Assembly: GCF_009914755.1 (NCBI RefSeq)
Contig: NC_060934.1
DNA: 64,000 nucleotides
Strand: one strand, 5' to 3'
Source: the human T2T-CHM13v2.0 reference genome, Homo sapiens
Part shown: one piece after another, positions 1 to 16,181 of the stretch
Layout of the letters: each line of letters begins with the position of its first letter
Position numbering within the stretch: position 1 is the first letter of the stretch
Program-made: the position numbers and the translations under genes
Notes under the pieces: model-generated
What the model was told of the DNA's origin: nothing
The model's database searches: none
What the model saw: the letters and a program-made list of their open reading frames with translations, nothing else

Positions 1-128
1 ATTTGAGGTCTCTCCCATCTCCTCTAGCAGCCCTAATATGAAACCTCTTTCTTTGCTGCAACCTGGCGTCTCAGGCATATTGAGTTGCTGTGCGTGTGTG
101 ATCTGGGCAAGGGATCTGTTATGGTTAT
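1..128 (+). mobile_element. 3' end of an ERV1-class LTR (MER39/MER34-like), cut by the window edge
   Basis: Similar to the reverse complement of 4533-4660 (shared tttctttgctgcaacctggygtct..ggcatattga). Confidence 0.6.
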
Positions 129-424
129 AGAAGTGCCCTCTGATAGCCACGGGCAGCAGCTTCTGTAATCCTTGCTGCCTGAAAGGAAGTCAATGCATTT
201 AGAGAAGGGGCTGATTCCTGCGAAGTGGAAGAGAATAATAGGAGAAATCCAGAATCGGCAAACAAAAATGCCTTGTTTGGCTCTTGGTCCCGACTCTTGG
301 TTCCATGATGCTGACACCTTCCACCTGGCAAAGGTGTTAACTGAGGCTCAAGCATTGGCCTCTCTTAGACCCTTTAATAGAGGTCTCTGTGGATCCAATT
401 GTCATCTTATCACAATGAATAAAT

Positions 425-655
425 TAATAACAGCAGTAAGAATATGTATTGAGCTGCTCTCATGGGTCAGGCCCTTCACATACCACCTTGCTTAAACTTC
501 TTAATAGCTCTACTAAATAGGAATTGTCTTCAAATATTTGAATTAAGGTTCAGAGAGGTAAGGAATTTGTTCAAGGTCACACAAGTTCCTGGCTAATCTG
601 GGGTTTGGGGTTAAGTAAGTTGGAAGCCAAATCCAATGCTTATTCCACTCCACCG
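425..655 (-). mobile_element. MIR SINE, diverged
   Basis: MIR core-like aaggttcagagaggtaaggaatttgttcaaggtcacaca. Confidence 0.6.
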
Positions 656-3536
656 CTCTGCTTAATGAGCTTTCAGATGATACCACAGAAGATGGAAGAC
701 ACATTTTTAATAAAGGGGTCCTCTTAGTACATTTCTAATCCAATCACATATGTGGCTTACTCTGAGGCCAAATATCTTACGTGTTGCTGAACTTGTTTTA
801 GCATTGTTTTATCAAACCCAAGTACAATATATCAAACCATATGCAACCTAGATCATATTCTTGGATAAAAACAACTTTGCAAATCACCACTAAATTAGGG
901 TAGCAGTACTAGGCATAATTTTAGGCACCAGGGACAAAGAGAATGATGAAGATGACCTGGTCTTGCCCCGAGGTGTTTTGTCTCCTATGTCTGACCGTTG
1001 GACAGTCCAGTTCTGCTACGGAGCATATGACCTACAACCTAGCATGATTGGTTCCCACTTGTCATAGGCATGGATGTGGGTTCAGATGCTGTGTACATTG
1101 ATAAAGGGTTGACAGTTATTTCCAAAGCTGCAAAGTGCTATAGGAAGTAATTGTTGCCTGGCTATTCAGAAGGCACACTGTCTCATGAAGAATGCGGTTT
1201 CTCCTAGACATCTGTGCTTAGATGATTAAAGAACTTTCCTAATCTTGATAAATTGCCCTTTGGTCCAGGATATTCTTTCCATGGATTTGATAACATCTTT
1301 TTATCTGACAGTAGGGGGTCTTCTGACTCAGAATGGCTTCCATTCACATGGTGGACAATTGTCTCTGGAAAATGAAGAAAGGTGATCTGGTTGGTTTCCT
1401 TTGATGCTTTTGAACAAGATAAATGATTATCCTGGGTCCACTGACTTACATGTGTGGGAGGCCCTTTTTTGTAGTAAGTAGTTTCTTTCTTCCATGGTCT
1501 TCCCCTAAGGGATGTTTTATCGTCTAGCTCCATCTCCGATTTGAAATCCCTTGTTAATGAATTGAATAAACCCATGCCTCTTGAACTGTATGATCCTCTT
1601 GGCTTCTTCAACATCGAAATTAATTCTTGGGTAAGATCTGTAAGATGACAATCTGCATTAATTCTGATCACATCTGAAATTCTTGTCTTGATCGTTCCTT
1701 AATCTAATTATTCTCATTTTTTTATTTCACCAAATACAGAGAGAAATTATACAGTGGATATAAAAGTTTGGATAGGAAGGATTTAGACTAGATAAGTGAT
1801 TTTGAAATGTCATCCCCCCTTTTCACAGCAAAATTCTTTCTTCCAATAATATTATAAAGTGATATATAAAACATAACAGGATTGTTCTTACTGAGACAGA
1901 GGACAGAGCCTTCTTACATTTTGTTCCTGCTGTCTTTTCCCCATCTAAGTTCCTCGCCATCGTGTAGAGCACCTAGAAGTAGACTTTGAAGATGACAAAA
2001 CTAGATTATTTACTTCTGCAATTATTTACTTCTAGCTCTAAAACCAACATCATGATTCTGAGGTCAGCCACAGTTTTATTATAATCGTGTCTTTCCAATA
2101 CTGATATTTCAAGATATGTATAATCTGAATTTTCGTGTAGATTATAATTACCATTCCCTTGGCAATGTTAGTTGTCACTAAATTGTGTAAGAGGTCCTAT
2201 CCCCTGACCTTCCCCAATAAGATTGTATCTTTCACAGAAGCAAGCATAGAATTAGGTAGAACATGCATTCTTCAGTTTAGAGATACTTGGCCCTCTTCAG
2301 TTGAAATGCTTATAATGTGTATGAGGGCAGGAAGCATGTGTGTCTTCCTCATCTTTGAAGTCTTAATGGGACATAGTACGTGCTTAACAAATGTTCATTG
2401 AATGTATAACGTTAATTTATATTAATTTACTAAAAATGTTAATTTTATCTAGCTTTTCTAATTTGTGTTCTTTATGCTTCATCTGCAAAACAATACCTAC
2501 CCCACTGGGAGTATTGGACAGGTTAAACGAAGTAGAAACATAGTGTTTGGCATAAAGTAGGCATTTAGTAAATATTTGCCAATAAGTAAAGAACGTTGCC
2601 CCCCCTTTTTTTTTTTTACAAAAGCTAAGCATTTGAGTTTACCAAATTTGTCATTTGCTTTATTATCTTAATGAAATAGGGTTGTTTTGTTTTCTTCACC
2701 TAGAAACCAAAACTATCAGAATGTAGTCATAAATTTGCCTTTTACATAAGTCAGTGTTTTGAGGGTTTCTGTTGGGATAACTTTTATTCATTGAGTTCTG
2801 CAGAGATCATAAAATAAAGTATTTTACAATGGAAATAGCCTTTTTGACTTAATTCACCAATAACTCAGAAGCAGCTGCAGGCAATCTTTTTCTTATGTTC
2901 CAAAAAGAAAAAAAAAGTGGCCTCAGAAGAAGCAAAGAAAAGTTTAACTCCAGACAATAATGTTTTGGAAAGTTCCAATTGAGTGAAACTTGGGGTTACA
3001 ATAGAAATGTCTTACAAACCTAAGTACGGCTTACAGTAGAGTGGATAACATAATAATATTGTGGTACCCAACTTAATTTACTCTGTAATTGTACCAGACA
3101 GCAAACAGGATACAAACAAAAAGAACATTGACGCCTTCTAAAATGAATAGCTGGTAAGAGAATATTGACAAAGGGTGTTTGTCAGCAAAAAATAGAAGTA
3201 GGACCTATACGTATCTAGTTCTTCCCTCTATGCCTTTACAAGGTATTCATTTAAAAGGAATTCACTATTTTCTCATGTAGTTTACTTGTCAGATGGTACA
3301 ATTATAGTTATTTTGCAGAGTCAATTTTCTGTTACATAATCACATAGACTTGTATCTAATGCAACAGAAAATTGCCTGGGTGGAATAACTTTCAGGTGTT
3401 GGTTTGACTCCGGGGATTTCATGTTTGCTTTTTGGTCACAAAGTTTTATTTTTGTTCACATCTCTCTGAGAATTCTTAGTCCCAACACCCCCTAGGAGAA
3501 ACACTGTAGGTAGTTTTAAGAAAAAAGGTGTTAGAA

Positions 3537-4183
3537 GGCTGTGGAGAAATAGGAATGCTTTTACACTGTTGGTGGGAATGTAGATTAGTTCAACCACCAT
3601 GGAAGACAGCATGGAGATTCCTCAAGGATCTAGAACCAGAAATACCATTTGACCCAGCAACCCCATTTCTGGGTATATACCCAAAGGAATATAAATCATT
3701 CTATTATAAAGACACACACACTCATATGTTTATTGCAACACCATTCACAATAGCAAAGACTTGGAACCAACCAAAATGCCCATCAATGATAGACTAGATA
3801 AAGAAAATGTGGCACATATACACCATGGAATACTAGGCAGCCATAAAAAGGAATGAGATCATGTCCTCTGCAGGGACATGGATGAAACTGGAAGCCATCA
3901 TTCTCAGCAAACTAACACAGGGACAGAAAAACCAAACACCACATGTTCTCACTGGTAAGTGGGAGATGAACGATGAGAACACATGGACACAGGGAGGGGA
4001 ACATCACATATCGGGGCCTGTTGGTGGGGCAGGGGGATGGAGAGCATCAGGACTAATAGCTAATGCATGTGTGGCTTACTACCTAGGTGATGGGTTGATA
4101 GGTGCAGCAAACCACCATGGCACACGTTTACCTATGTAATGAACCTGCACATTCTGCACGTGTATCCCGGAACTTAAAATTAG
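3537..4183 (+). mobile_element. 5'-truncated L1PA (older primate L1; ORF2 end plus 3'UTR)
   Basis: ORF2 C-terminal peptide (HCWWECRLVQP..EIPFDPA), L1 3'UTR, degenerate TSD aaggtg(t/c)tagaa ending at 3536 and 4201, TTTT/AA target. Confidence 0.92.
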
Positions 4184-4270
4184 AAAAAGAAGGTGCTAGA
4201 ATCAAGTAAAGCTGGTGTTGAATCCCAGCTCCAACACTTATCTGTCATGTATTTGTGGATATCTCTTGTG

Positions 4271-5345
4271 TTGTGTAACCTGACCTCTTGGTAAGACAAA
4301 GCCAAGTTTATTGCTTACCACAGTGAAGAAGACTACCGCCACAGAGTTCAGATAGGGTCTTAGAGGGAAGAGGCAAAGTTGGTTCTTATTGAGAATTTGA
4401 AGTTTGACTTCAAGCAGGTTTTTCAAAGTTGATTTAGATTGCGTAAGGATCATAATACAACAGTCTAGGGATTGTAGAAAGAGAGAGATGAGAATTTTAA
4501 GACCAAGGATTCCAAGAATTTTAGAACACAAATGTAACTCTAATAGGCCCTTTGCCTCATGCTCAGAGCAAATCAATATGCCAAGACACCAGGTTGCAGC
4601 AAAGAAAGAAATTTAATCATAGCATCACCAAATGAGGAGATGGGAGGAAATCTCAAATCCATCTCTCCAAGGAGCTTGGGGCTATAGTTTTTAAAGGGTT
4701 TCGGAGTGGGCTGAGGTGTGGAGATTGTTGACAAGTTGGAGAGTGCAGGGTGAAGAAGTCATGGGGGATAGGATGTAATAGTCTAGAACTGGTGGAAACA
4801 GCCAGCACGGGGTTGGAAGTGAAGAGTTTGAATGTTAATGTGAAGAAGCTGTGTTCTCAGGCTGATCCCATTCCTCTGTGGGGGTGTTCAAACTGGTAGC
4901 TGGAATGTAGGGTCTGAAAAACATCTTATGCAATCCTTAAGCAAAAGCTTTATGATTCTAAAGTCAGAGGTCCTCTATCCCCCGAACAAGGGGGATACAA
5001 ATAGTCAGGATCTGGTGCTACCTGACTTTTAGCAACAAGGAAGTGGGCTATAGCACAGCCTGACGAATGCTTAATTATAACTATGTTTCTGTCCAGAACC
5101 CGGAATGCAATTCTTGTCAACCCTGTGGGGGCAGTTTCACAAACTGTCTGTCAATACTTTTTCATTGAAGAGTTGATAGGTCTTTTGGTAAATTCCTGTA
5201 ATGAACACACTAACCATCTGCCTTGCAAGAGACTCTCTGGAAAAGCCAAGTATGCTAATGAAGACAGTGGAATAGCAAAGTCATACTAATGCAGACAGGC
5301 ACGTGTGATTTCCGTTTCTCAGCATCTGAGCTGAGTGTGGTAGCA
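4271..5345 (-). mobile_element. Old LTR family X, copy A (family not named), split by a younger LTR; ends approximate
   Basis: Shares blocks with 5900-7641 and 10735-12610, e.g. tatgctaatgaagacagtggaat at 5251-5273. Confidence 0.6.
4533..5139 (-). mobile_element. ERV1-class solo LTR (MER39/MER34-like)
   Basis: TG...CA ends, 4-bp TSD CAAA (4529-4532 and 5140-5143); minus strand starts tgaaactgcccccacagggttgacaagaattgc. Confidence 0.8.
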
Positions 5346-5410
5346 AAGGCCACAGTGAGCCTGTTTTCTCAACTGTGCCATGTTCTTGGAAGAACGAAAG
5401 GAATCAATAA

Positions 5411-5766
<356 letters not shown>

Positions 5767-6198
5767 ACAACTATAATTATTTTAATAGTGTATTTCAGGA
5801 TGAAGTAGTGTTAAAATAGTGCCGGGGGGGTGAGGCGATGGAGAGACTGTGTATGTATGGGCTGGCAGGTCAGATCATTCCATGGTCCTGAGAGAATATT
5901 CACCGGAATCCCTGGCATCTCCTTTAGTGCTATTCCCTGAGGCAACTTGAGACTCCAAACCATATTTCTCTACCCAGTTTGGGCACTGATGACCAAAACT
6001 ACCTGCCCATCCACCCAGTTTACTGTCTATGTAAACATGACCTTGCAATTCCACTGTCTTCATAAGCATAATTTTACTATTCCTAGAAACTCTTGCCCAG
6101 GCAAATAACGTGATTGTTCATTAGCTGAACTTTCTGAAACATCCATCAACCCTTCAATAGGAAGCAGCAACCTGCCTTTTATATCCTGAGACTCTTCA

Positions 6199-7357
6199 TG
6201 CTACAGCTGAGTTGGCTTTTCCCAAAAGATGGAATTCTTTCCTGTCTGGTGCCACAGAGTTGATCCATAGAACCAAAAGTGAGCATCAGGCCATGGAGAC
6301 TTCATTCAATGGCCAAGGAATGGAGAAGCAGGAGCACGGCTCATATCAACTTCCCGTTCTGTGAGAGGCAAGGGGTTAAAATACACAGTTTTCCAGAAAT
6401 ACCATTTGACCCAGCAATCCAATTACTGAGTATATACACAAAGGACTATAAATCATTCTACTATAAAGACACATGCACACGTATGTTTATTGCAGCACTA
6501 TTTACAATAGCAAAGACTTAGAACCAACCCAAATACCCATCAATGATAGACCGGATAAAGAAAATGTGGTACATATACACCATGGAATACTATGCAGCCA
6601 TAAAAAAGAATGAGTTCATGTCCTTTGCAGGGACATGGATGAAGCTGGAAACCATCATTCTCAGCAAACTAACACAGGAACAGGGAAACAAACACCGCAT
6701 GTTCTCACTCATAAGTGGCAGTTGAACAATGAGAACACATGGACACAGGGAGGGGAACATCACACACCAGGGCCTGTCGGGGGGTCAGGGGAAAGGGGAA
6801 GGAGAGCATTAGGACAAATACTTAATGCATGTGGGCTTAAAACCTAGATGACGGGTTGATACGTGCAGCAAACCACCATAGCACATGTATACCTATGTTA
6901 CAAACCTGCACATTCAGTACATGTATCTGGAACTTAAAGTAAAATTTAAAAAAAAAGAAATGCTAAAAAATACAAGGAAAATATGTACAGTTTTCTCTAA
7001 TGAAGGGGTTGGGCATTAAAAATGAGAGGAGAAATATTTGTGTCCTTTCTGGGAATGGGCAGTGAACTTCTCAGAACCAGAGTACCGCATTCTTTTTGTC
7101 CCTTTATGGTTTCTTCCTGTTACTGTCATGGTGATTGTCAACTGTCATGGCACTGGTGGGAATGTCATTTAGCATGGAAATTAGATTATAATGAAGTCCG
7201 AGGTCTATTTGAGGTTGTTCAGTCAGCCACCTTGGTTCTAAATGGCTTTAGCTGATTCTTTCTCTGAGGAGGAACTTCTGTCCATAGGCCTTCCTGTTCC
7301 AGAGTTAGGGAGATGTAGACATTCAGCTATGTCACGTAGGCATTACACTGGGAGACA
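6199..7357 (-). mobile_element. MER4-group ERV1 LTR-like element, split by L1; ends approximate
   Basis: aactgtcatggcactggtgggaatgtcatttagcatg motif typical of MER4-group LTRs. Confidence 0.5.
6393..6978 (+). mobile_element. 5'-truncated L1PA 3' end
   Basis: ORF2 C-terminus (EIPFDPAI..KHRMFSLISGS), 3'UTR, A tail, TSD core acagttttc. Confidence 0.92.
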
Positions 7358-9271
7358 TTGGGCGACATTCAGATTCTTCACTTCAAAACCTCTGGGGGCT
7401 ATTTCCACCAATTCTAGACTATTGTATCCTGATCCTTACTCAATTCTAATCTAGCCCCTGCTTTGAAAGACCTACCTTAAACCGCACCTGAAACCTCAAT
7501 AAGACCTAACTTTGCCTTTCCTGCTCCAGGGCACAACCAGAGCTCCCTTATCGGTGTCCTTCCTTACTGTGATAAACACAAAACACAGCTTTGTCTTTTC
7601 AACAGGCTGTATTGGTGACTGTGGGGGAACAAGCATTTGCAGGCTACAGAATTATACTGCACGATGCTGTCACTCCTAAATTCTAATAGGTAACATTTGG
7701 AAGTCTGGGGTATTTTGTTTGGAATCAATTTATAAACTCTAAGAAAACAGTTACACACTTCTCCCACCCACAAGGGGTTTAAACCCCCCAAACTATGCCT
7801 CTTCATTTATTCAAGTTCAAAAAATCATTTCCTTATCACTCTAGTTTGTCCTGAGTTTTGTCTTCTGGCTTCCTCATTATTTTGGCTTGGATCTTTTTGC
7901 TTCTTATAATGAACACTTTGCTGTTGTTCCTTTCTCAAACATTTTAATGCTCAGTCTGGAAGTGGGCTGACCAAAGATGAGTACAGCACGGCCATTTGCC
8001 ATTAAGGAGTTCTTAATATAACATGTGAAGGAAAATAAATGTTTCCACACTGTTATAAACTTCTTGAAAATAGGCATCATGCCTTTATAATGTTCTGTGC
8101 CATGGAACCAAATGCATGGCTTGAGCTCAAGGAGTAGCTGTCGATTAGAATGGGCTCCCCTCACCCCCACCAACCCCCCTCTCTTGCAGGCAGAGGATGG
8201 AGCGGCAGCTTAGAAGATGCTGTGTTTCCAAGGACACAGTAGAGCTGTATCTGCTTGACATTTAAACAATTTAGTCAAATTCAATCTAAAATCAAGTCAG
8301 TCCAGATGTATTTAATTGGGAGACAATGCCTAAGCCTTCTACCAATATGGCTTTTGGGAAACATGCCTTGAAGACTTGCTTTTCTGCCTTCAGTTTTCTG
8401 AAACAGTAGAAGGGTAGGGTGGGGGGGAATCATTAACATTAGCATTGCACACAGGAGGCTTAGGTTTTCCTGCTCAGAAACAGACCTTACTATGGATCTT
8501 GGGAATTTCAGCAGGAGTGAAATTGACTGCCCATTATCCTCATTCACAAGAGATTTCTGTCATTGCCCATCCTTCCTGAAAGTCACATTTTTGACTTGGC
8601 TGTGGTGTGAGCAGGATGGAGTCATTCTCTTCTTTAGAATCTCAAATGTCCTAGGAAAAGAAAAGAACTATTGTGTCAGGCACACACACCTTGGCACTAT
8701 CTAGTCTCTGTTTATTTCTGCCTATTTGTTTCTCATGCTTTCTCTTTCTGTTTCTTTTTCTTTTTTCTTGTTAGTTCCCTTGGTATTATTCCAGCTCTTA
8801 ATAGCCTCCCTTCTGATGTTTTCTCAAACAAAGCGTCCTTTGTGTCAACTGTCAAATACGTTGGACTTTGCCATGTCATCTCCTCTTACTTTGTGTTTTT
8901 TGGACAAATATGAAAAGGCCGTTTGAATTTTTAAAAATTCTCTTCATTATCTTAAAACAGCAATTAAGACACCAACCAGAACTCTCTTGTGCTCTACTGG
9001 AAACAAACCCATCATATTCAGCCTTCCCTATAATTGAATTATTGAAGCTTGATGTCATTTTGGTTTCTGTGCAGTACAACCCCTTAAGAGCAATTTCATC
9101 CTTTCTCAGGCCTGATAACCAGTCCTAGTGCCAATTCTCTAAGGTACCTGAGATCGAATCTCACAAGGCCATAATTTCATTTTCTTTATCTGTGTTATAT
9201 CATTTCTTGCTACATAACTACCCTTAACATTGTTTGTATTGTCTTTATTATATCTGTGAATGAAGTTACTA

Positions 9272-9644
<373 letters not shown>

Positions 9645-10963
9645 TCAGTGGAGTGGGCTTGACTCTTCCAAATAATATAATCTAATCATGCCATGCCAAA
9701 GCATAATATCAATTTCTTTATATTTTTCTTATTAATCAGCTTAATTCTTATGATCAATTTTATTAATTGCTTTATATCATCCTGCTAAATCTAGGACCGT
9801 TGTCAACTGTGTTCTTTGCATGTTTTCTGTTGTAATCCCTTGTAATATCTTTCCGAGTTGAAAAATCAGTCTTTGTTTTCTTCTAGGTAACCAATTTTCA
9901 TTACAATGGCAAAATAATAATTATTTAAATTGTACTGTGCCTCTGGTAGAAGTACCAATCAGCAGCTCTGAAACTAGGCTGACCTTCTTGGCTGCACATT
10001 GAAATAACAGCCTTATTATTATGGGGAAGAACAGAGTCCAGGCTATCATTTTAACTCAATGTAAAAGGCAGAAAAATGTTCTACAAATGATTGTCGCTGA
10101 ATTTTTGAAGAAGATTGTCCCGGCTTGTCGTTAGTATCCAGGAAGCCAAGATGTCCATCTCTTCCTAAAGGTTTGCTCTTCCACTGTTGCTGGGCGCTGG
10201 TAAGCCCCTGGGAAGAGGACAGGGGCAGAGTCCTGTCATTATGCACAGGTCTTTCCTTCATTATCTGCCACACGATTAGTATTCAGAGGAGCAGATGGAG
10301 CAGCCAGTGGAGCTATGGCAAATTATTTAATGAACTCTGCTAAACCCACAAGTGTTTCATGAATGCAATTCAGCCAATCTGTTGTGATCCAAGTTTGTGA
10401 GGGATGAGCTATATTCAGTCTTCAAACTAATTGTTTAATAGTAGAATTAATATCTTACAGGGCATTTAGTGCCTTACAAATCAAAGCACAGTAACTCCAT
10501 CTCTATTTGGGATCTAATGAATTCTATGGCTTTCCATCAATACCCTCAACTTCCATTAGTTTTCAGTTATCACAAATTAACCTCCTTTACTTCGGGAAGA
10601 AATCTGTTTCAAGTATTTTCCAGAATGGTCTGTTGATCACAGGGAGTTTTTCTGTGATTTCCAGTAGGACGGTACTATTCCAACTGAGTGGAAGCCTTTG
10701 ATTATATAAGAGGTTTCTTATCACTTTTTGAAATGCAGTGTCAGGTGCTGGCTCTCCACATATCACCAGCACCATGTTGCTAAGACATTTTTATTGCTCC
10801 CACAGTGAGGTAGGGACACTATCTTCACAGACTTTTGGTGGCGTCTTGGATTGGGAAGGGCACATTTGGATTTTCCCAAGATTTTGAAGTTTGGTTTCTC
10901 AGGGAGGAAAAACTTTTCCTCCATTCTCTTAGGTTCATGTTTGGGGACCTGCAAATTAAACTA

Positions 10964-11551
<588 letters not shown>

Positions 11552-11621
11552 AGCTAACAAAAACCAGAAAAAGACAGATTTTTATTCATCTACATATGCA
11601 AGAGTTCACAGAAAATTGTGA

Positions 11622-11960
<339 letters not shown>

Positions 11961-13026
11961 CTTTACAATCTTAATAGGGGAAGGGGAAGGGAAGAAGGGG
12001 CACGTATGGGAAAACAAGTGACTTTTAGGAAAGATACATGGGCCCTTAGGAGAAAAGATTGATCATTTTGTGACAATGTTTTATCCCAGTGCAAACTTCT
12101 AGTGTCCACTGACAGGTGTCACTGTCCTCTGGTTGTGAAACTCCTACGGAGGGGATTTATGGCAGCTGAAGTCTTTTGGGGAGGTTCTACTTTTAGAGAG
12201 ACAAAGGAAGTTCAGAATAAAAGACTTCACACAGTGCATCCATCTGGGCTTAAGGTGGGTCTTTCAATGAGGGACAGTAACAGGGGAGGCTTAGTTAGAA
12301 TTGAGTAATGATCATGATGCAGTAGTTTAGGATTGGTGGAAACAAAAAGAGGAGGAATTTTAGGCAAAGGGGTTAAACAGTCTCAATATGAAAACTGTTC
12401 ATGCTTCTATTGAAGAGCTGATAGTTCCTGTCCATCGTTCCCATAGTGAACAAACAAGTTACTTGCCGGGATAAGAGTCTATTGAAATAGTAAAGTTATG
12501 CTAATGAAAACAATGGAATGAATATTAAACTCAAGCTAATGTGGACCACAGACTGCATGGGGGTAGGTGGTCTTTGTTCTCACCAGTCAGCACACTGAAC
12601 TCCTGCTCTTGCTTTGGTTTATATATCCTTTACATCTGTCTGCCTTTAGCCAGAACATTATAATCAATAGTTCCTTCTCAAACAAACAAACAAACATAAA
12701 ACGACAAACATTCCTGGTCGTATAAAATGCCAGAGGAGATAAAATAATCTAGATAAAGAATCTGTTCCCCTAATATAGTATATACCGGCCAGGAGCCTCA
12801 GCACAGAGACAGGCCTGTGTCTACCCTCAACCTGGGTTTCTTGTGGACCAGCCAGTTCTTTGCAATTACAGTCTCTGGTGAACCCCAGAACAGTTCCACT
12901 AAGGAGAGGCCGTGCCCCACAGGAGAGCATAAAGCTGCCTGGCTGCCTCAGTGTGAGTTACAAAGAAGGTCAACCCCAAGCCAGTCCTCGAGACTTATGG
13001 ATGGTGATGATTAAGAGAATGGACTG

Positions 13027-13353
<327 letters not shown>

Positions 13354-13682
13354 CTAGGACCTGTAAAGGTCTCCCAAAGATACTAAGACTCTGTCATTTT
13401 TAGTTACATCTCCCCAACCTGTCTCATATTAGGTACCCCAGAAAGATTTTAATAATTTCCACTTCATAGACATTTAAAGCCCAGGAGTGTTTCTCTTTCC
13501 AGTTTTTGGAAATTCTTGCCTCTCCATATCAGCATGCCATCGAAAGAGCTCTAACGAGGTGCAGTCCTTCTAATGGAGCCAAGGAGCACAAGCAGGGTGT
13601 GGCTGACTCACAGGGAGCCAGTCCGAATTCTGAAGAAAGGAAGTTTTATTCTGGCAAGTGAACATGTTCTTCGTCCTCCTTC

Positions 13683-14420
13683 TGATACGGACAGGAGGCA
13701 GGGAAATACTGGGTAGAAGAGGGTGGTTCCCTGGGAAAGTCCTCACCCTCAAGCCTGGAAATCAAAGCCCTAAATGAGAACAGTCATCCCTGTTTTCCAA
13801 CCCAAATGTTTCTTTTTTGGCCTGCTCCACCCCTTCATCCTGTGCCCATATAAACCCCAGACCTCAGCTGGCTGAGAGAGAAGCAGTTGAACATCAAGAG
13901 GAGAAGAAGCAACTGAACATTGGAGACTATGGCTTGATGAGGCTTAACTTCAGCCAGCACAACTTCAGAGAGCAGCCCACCGGAGATGTCCAGGCTTCAG
14001 GGAAAGATCACCTTCTTCCCACACTATCCCCTTTCTGGCTCCCCTTCTGCTGAGAGCCACTTCCACTGCTTAATAAAATCCCGCATTCATCACCTTTCAA
14101 ACCATTCGTGTGTCCTGATTTTTCCTGGATGCCAAACAAGAACCCAGGTACCAAGAGGGCAGGGTGTAAAAGGCTGTCACCCTGACTCTCCACTGAGCTG
14201 GTTAACACTTAGCCATCCACTGATGCCAACTGCTAAAAAAAGCATTGATTGTAACATACACATAGATGCTGCTGTGGGGCCGGAGCCCCAAAGCACTGGC
14301 CCCAGCCGTGGCACTTGCTCATCTGCATGTTCCCCCTCCCACAAGGGTTTTGAGTGTGGTGGCAGCTGAGTGAACGAGCCACACCCCTGTCACAAGTCCC
14401 GTGAAGTGGTCAAGGGAACA
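13683..14420 (+). mobile_element. LTR1-family ERV1 solo LTR
   Basis: Starts tgatacggacaggaggcagggaaatactgggtagaagaggg; TATA-like catataaa near 13847; AATAAA near 14072; last bases appear missing. Confidence 0.8.
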
Positions 14421-14674
14421 TAGATGGGAGTGGTGCCCCCTAGAGCTGTACAGCAACTCTGTCCCATGCGACCTCTGGGTGGTCCCTCAAACTGCAGAGT
14501 ACAGATACCTCCAAGCAGGGCCAGCCTTAAATTCACCATAAAGAGAACACATGCTTTGCTTTTCTGATAGTGACGCTAGTTGCAAACTCATGAATCTCCA
14601 TTTCCTTTATCACTTTAAAATTTAGCTGGCTGGCTTTCAAGGTTCAGATTCGAAATCCTCTCTAAGCAATGCTA

Positions 14675-15008
<334 letters not shown>

Positions 15009-15479
15009 TTTTTGTTAAGAAATCATAACATATATCATGTTAATGTAAACCAATGTATCTTGAGCAGAATAAATTGTGGGTTTGTAGGGATAAGATCCCT
15101 TAATTCAGGAGAGCTTTATCAGAATACTAGGTAGGATGGGGAGTTACATGTAATTTCAAAGGGCTATAAAATAATTTGATATTTTGGAGCAATTATTTTT
15201 TGGTAATTGGAAGAGAACAAAGGTCAACAAAACCTTCTGATGGAAGTGATTCTCAGGCAGGTGGGATACATTCCTTCAGTGAACGCATTGGAAACCCTCA
15301 CAGGAGAAGGGAGAAACTTCCCCTGCTTTTTGTTAGCAAAGCAGAGAGGGTTACAAAGGAAACACTGTAAACTACCATATGTAAATTCACCTCCGGGAGG
15401 ACTACAGTTCATATTTGCAAATGTGTCAGGATTCCATTAGAATACAGTAGTAAATAATAGTAACTCAAGTGGACTTGTA

Positions 15480-15662
15480 ATCTGACAGATCCTAGTGTAT
15501 ATCTTTGACTCTGCCATTCTTTTGCTGTGTGATCCTAGACAAGTTATTTAATGTCTTTGAGTCTCAGTTTTATCATTTATAAAATGTGATTCATTTGTTG
15601 TCATTTCGCATATGAAAATCTAGTCCCAGAAAACACTCAATAGATGGCAGCTATTATTGTTA
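15480..15662 (+). mobile_element. MIR
   Basis: gctgtgtgatcctagacaagttatttaa..tctcagttttatcatttataaaatg core. Confidence 0.65.
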
Positions 15663-15754
15663 ATAACCATCCTGAACATTTAGAACCATCTTTTGATTTC
15701 ATCAGTTACCCCAAATTTCTCTCCCATTCTTAAAGAAATCAGAGATTCTGAATC

Positions 15755-15756
15755 TG

Positions 15757-15796
<40 letters not shown>
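15755..15796. repeat. (TG)n microsatellite
   Basis: Seen directly. Confidence 0.95.
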
Positions 15797-15798
<2 letters not shown>

Positions 15799-16181
15799 AG
15801 TATTCTGGTTTGAAACGCAGGTGACATTTGCCTACACCTGTTGTGAGAGAAAAGTCTCCAGTGGTTTTGCCTACCACCAAACTGTCCACAAGAGACAAAT
15901 GAGAATCCCTGTGCCTCCAGGAAGTCCTCACAGTCTCTGGAAGGCAAGAGAGTCAATTTCCTTGAATGACAAATTATGGAGAACAATCACTGGGCAGAAA
16001 AACCAACAGGGCACAGCTATGTTCATATTCAAGGCTGCTGCTTGCAGAACATAAGTTTGGCTCATTTTCCAAATTCAGATAAAGAAAATACTCAGCTACT
16101 CAGTCAGCTCAGACTCCATCTATGTGACTCTAAATGCCCCCCATATTCAAAGACAGACAAAAATCTGGGTGTTTTGGCATC

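Larger units (their letters stand above)
5900..7641 (+). mobile_element. Old LTR family X, copy B (inverted relative to A), split by an LTR that contains an L1; ends approximate
   Basis: 6048-6070 is the reverse complement of 5251-5273 (22/23); 7401-7482 matches the reverse complement of 12247-12343. Confidence 0.6.

Noticed and set aside
1204-1671. 155-aa minus-strand ORF
   Set aside because: Non-ATG start, no recognisable domain or exon context. A BLASTX or Dfam search could still reveal an old repeat or pseudogene.
1-5139. The two MER39-like LTRs as ends of one provirus
   Set aside because: They are in opposite orientation and the second has its own TSD.
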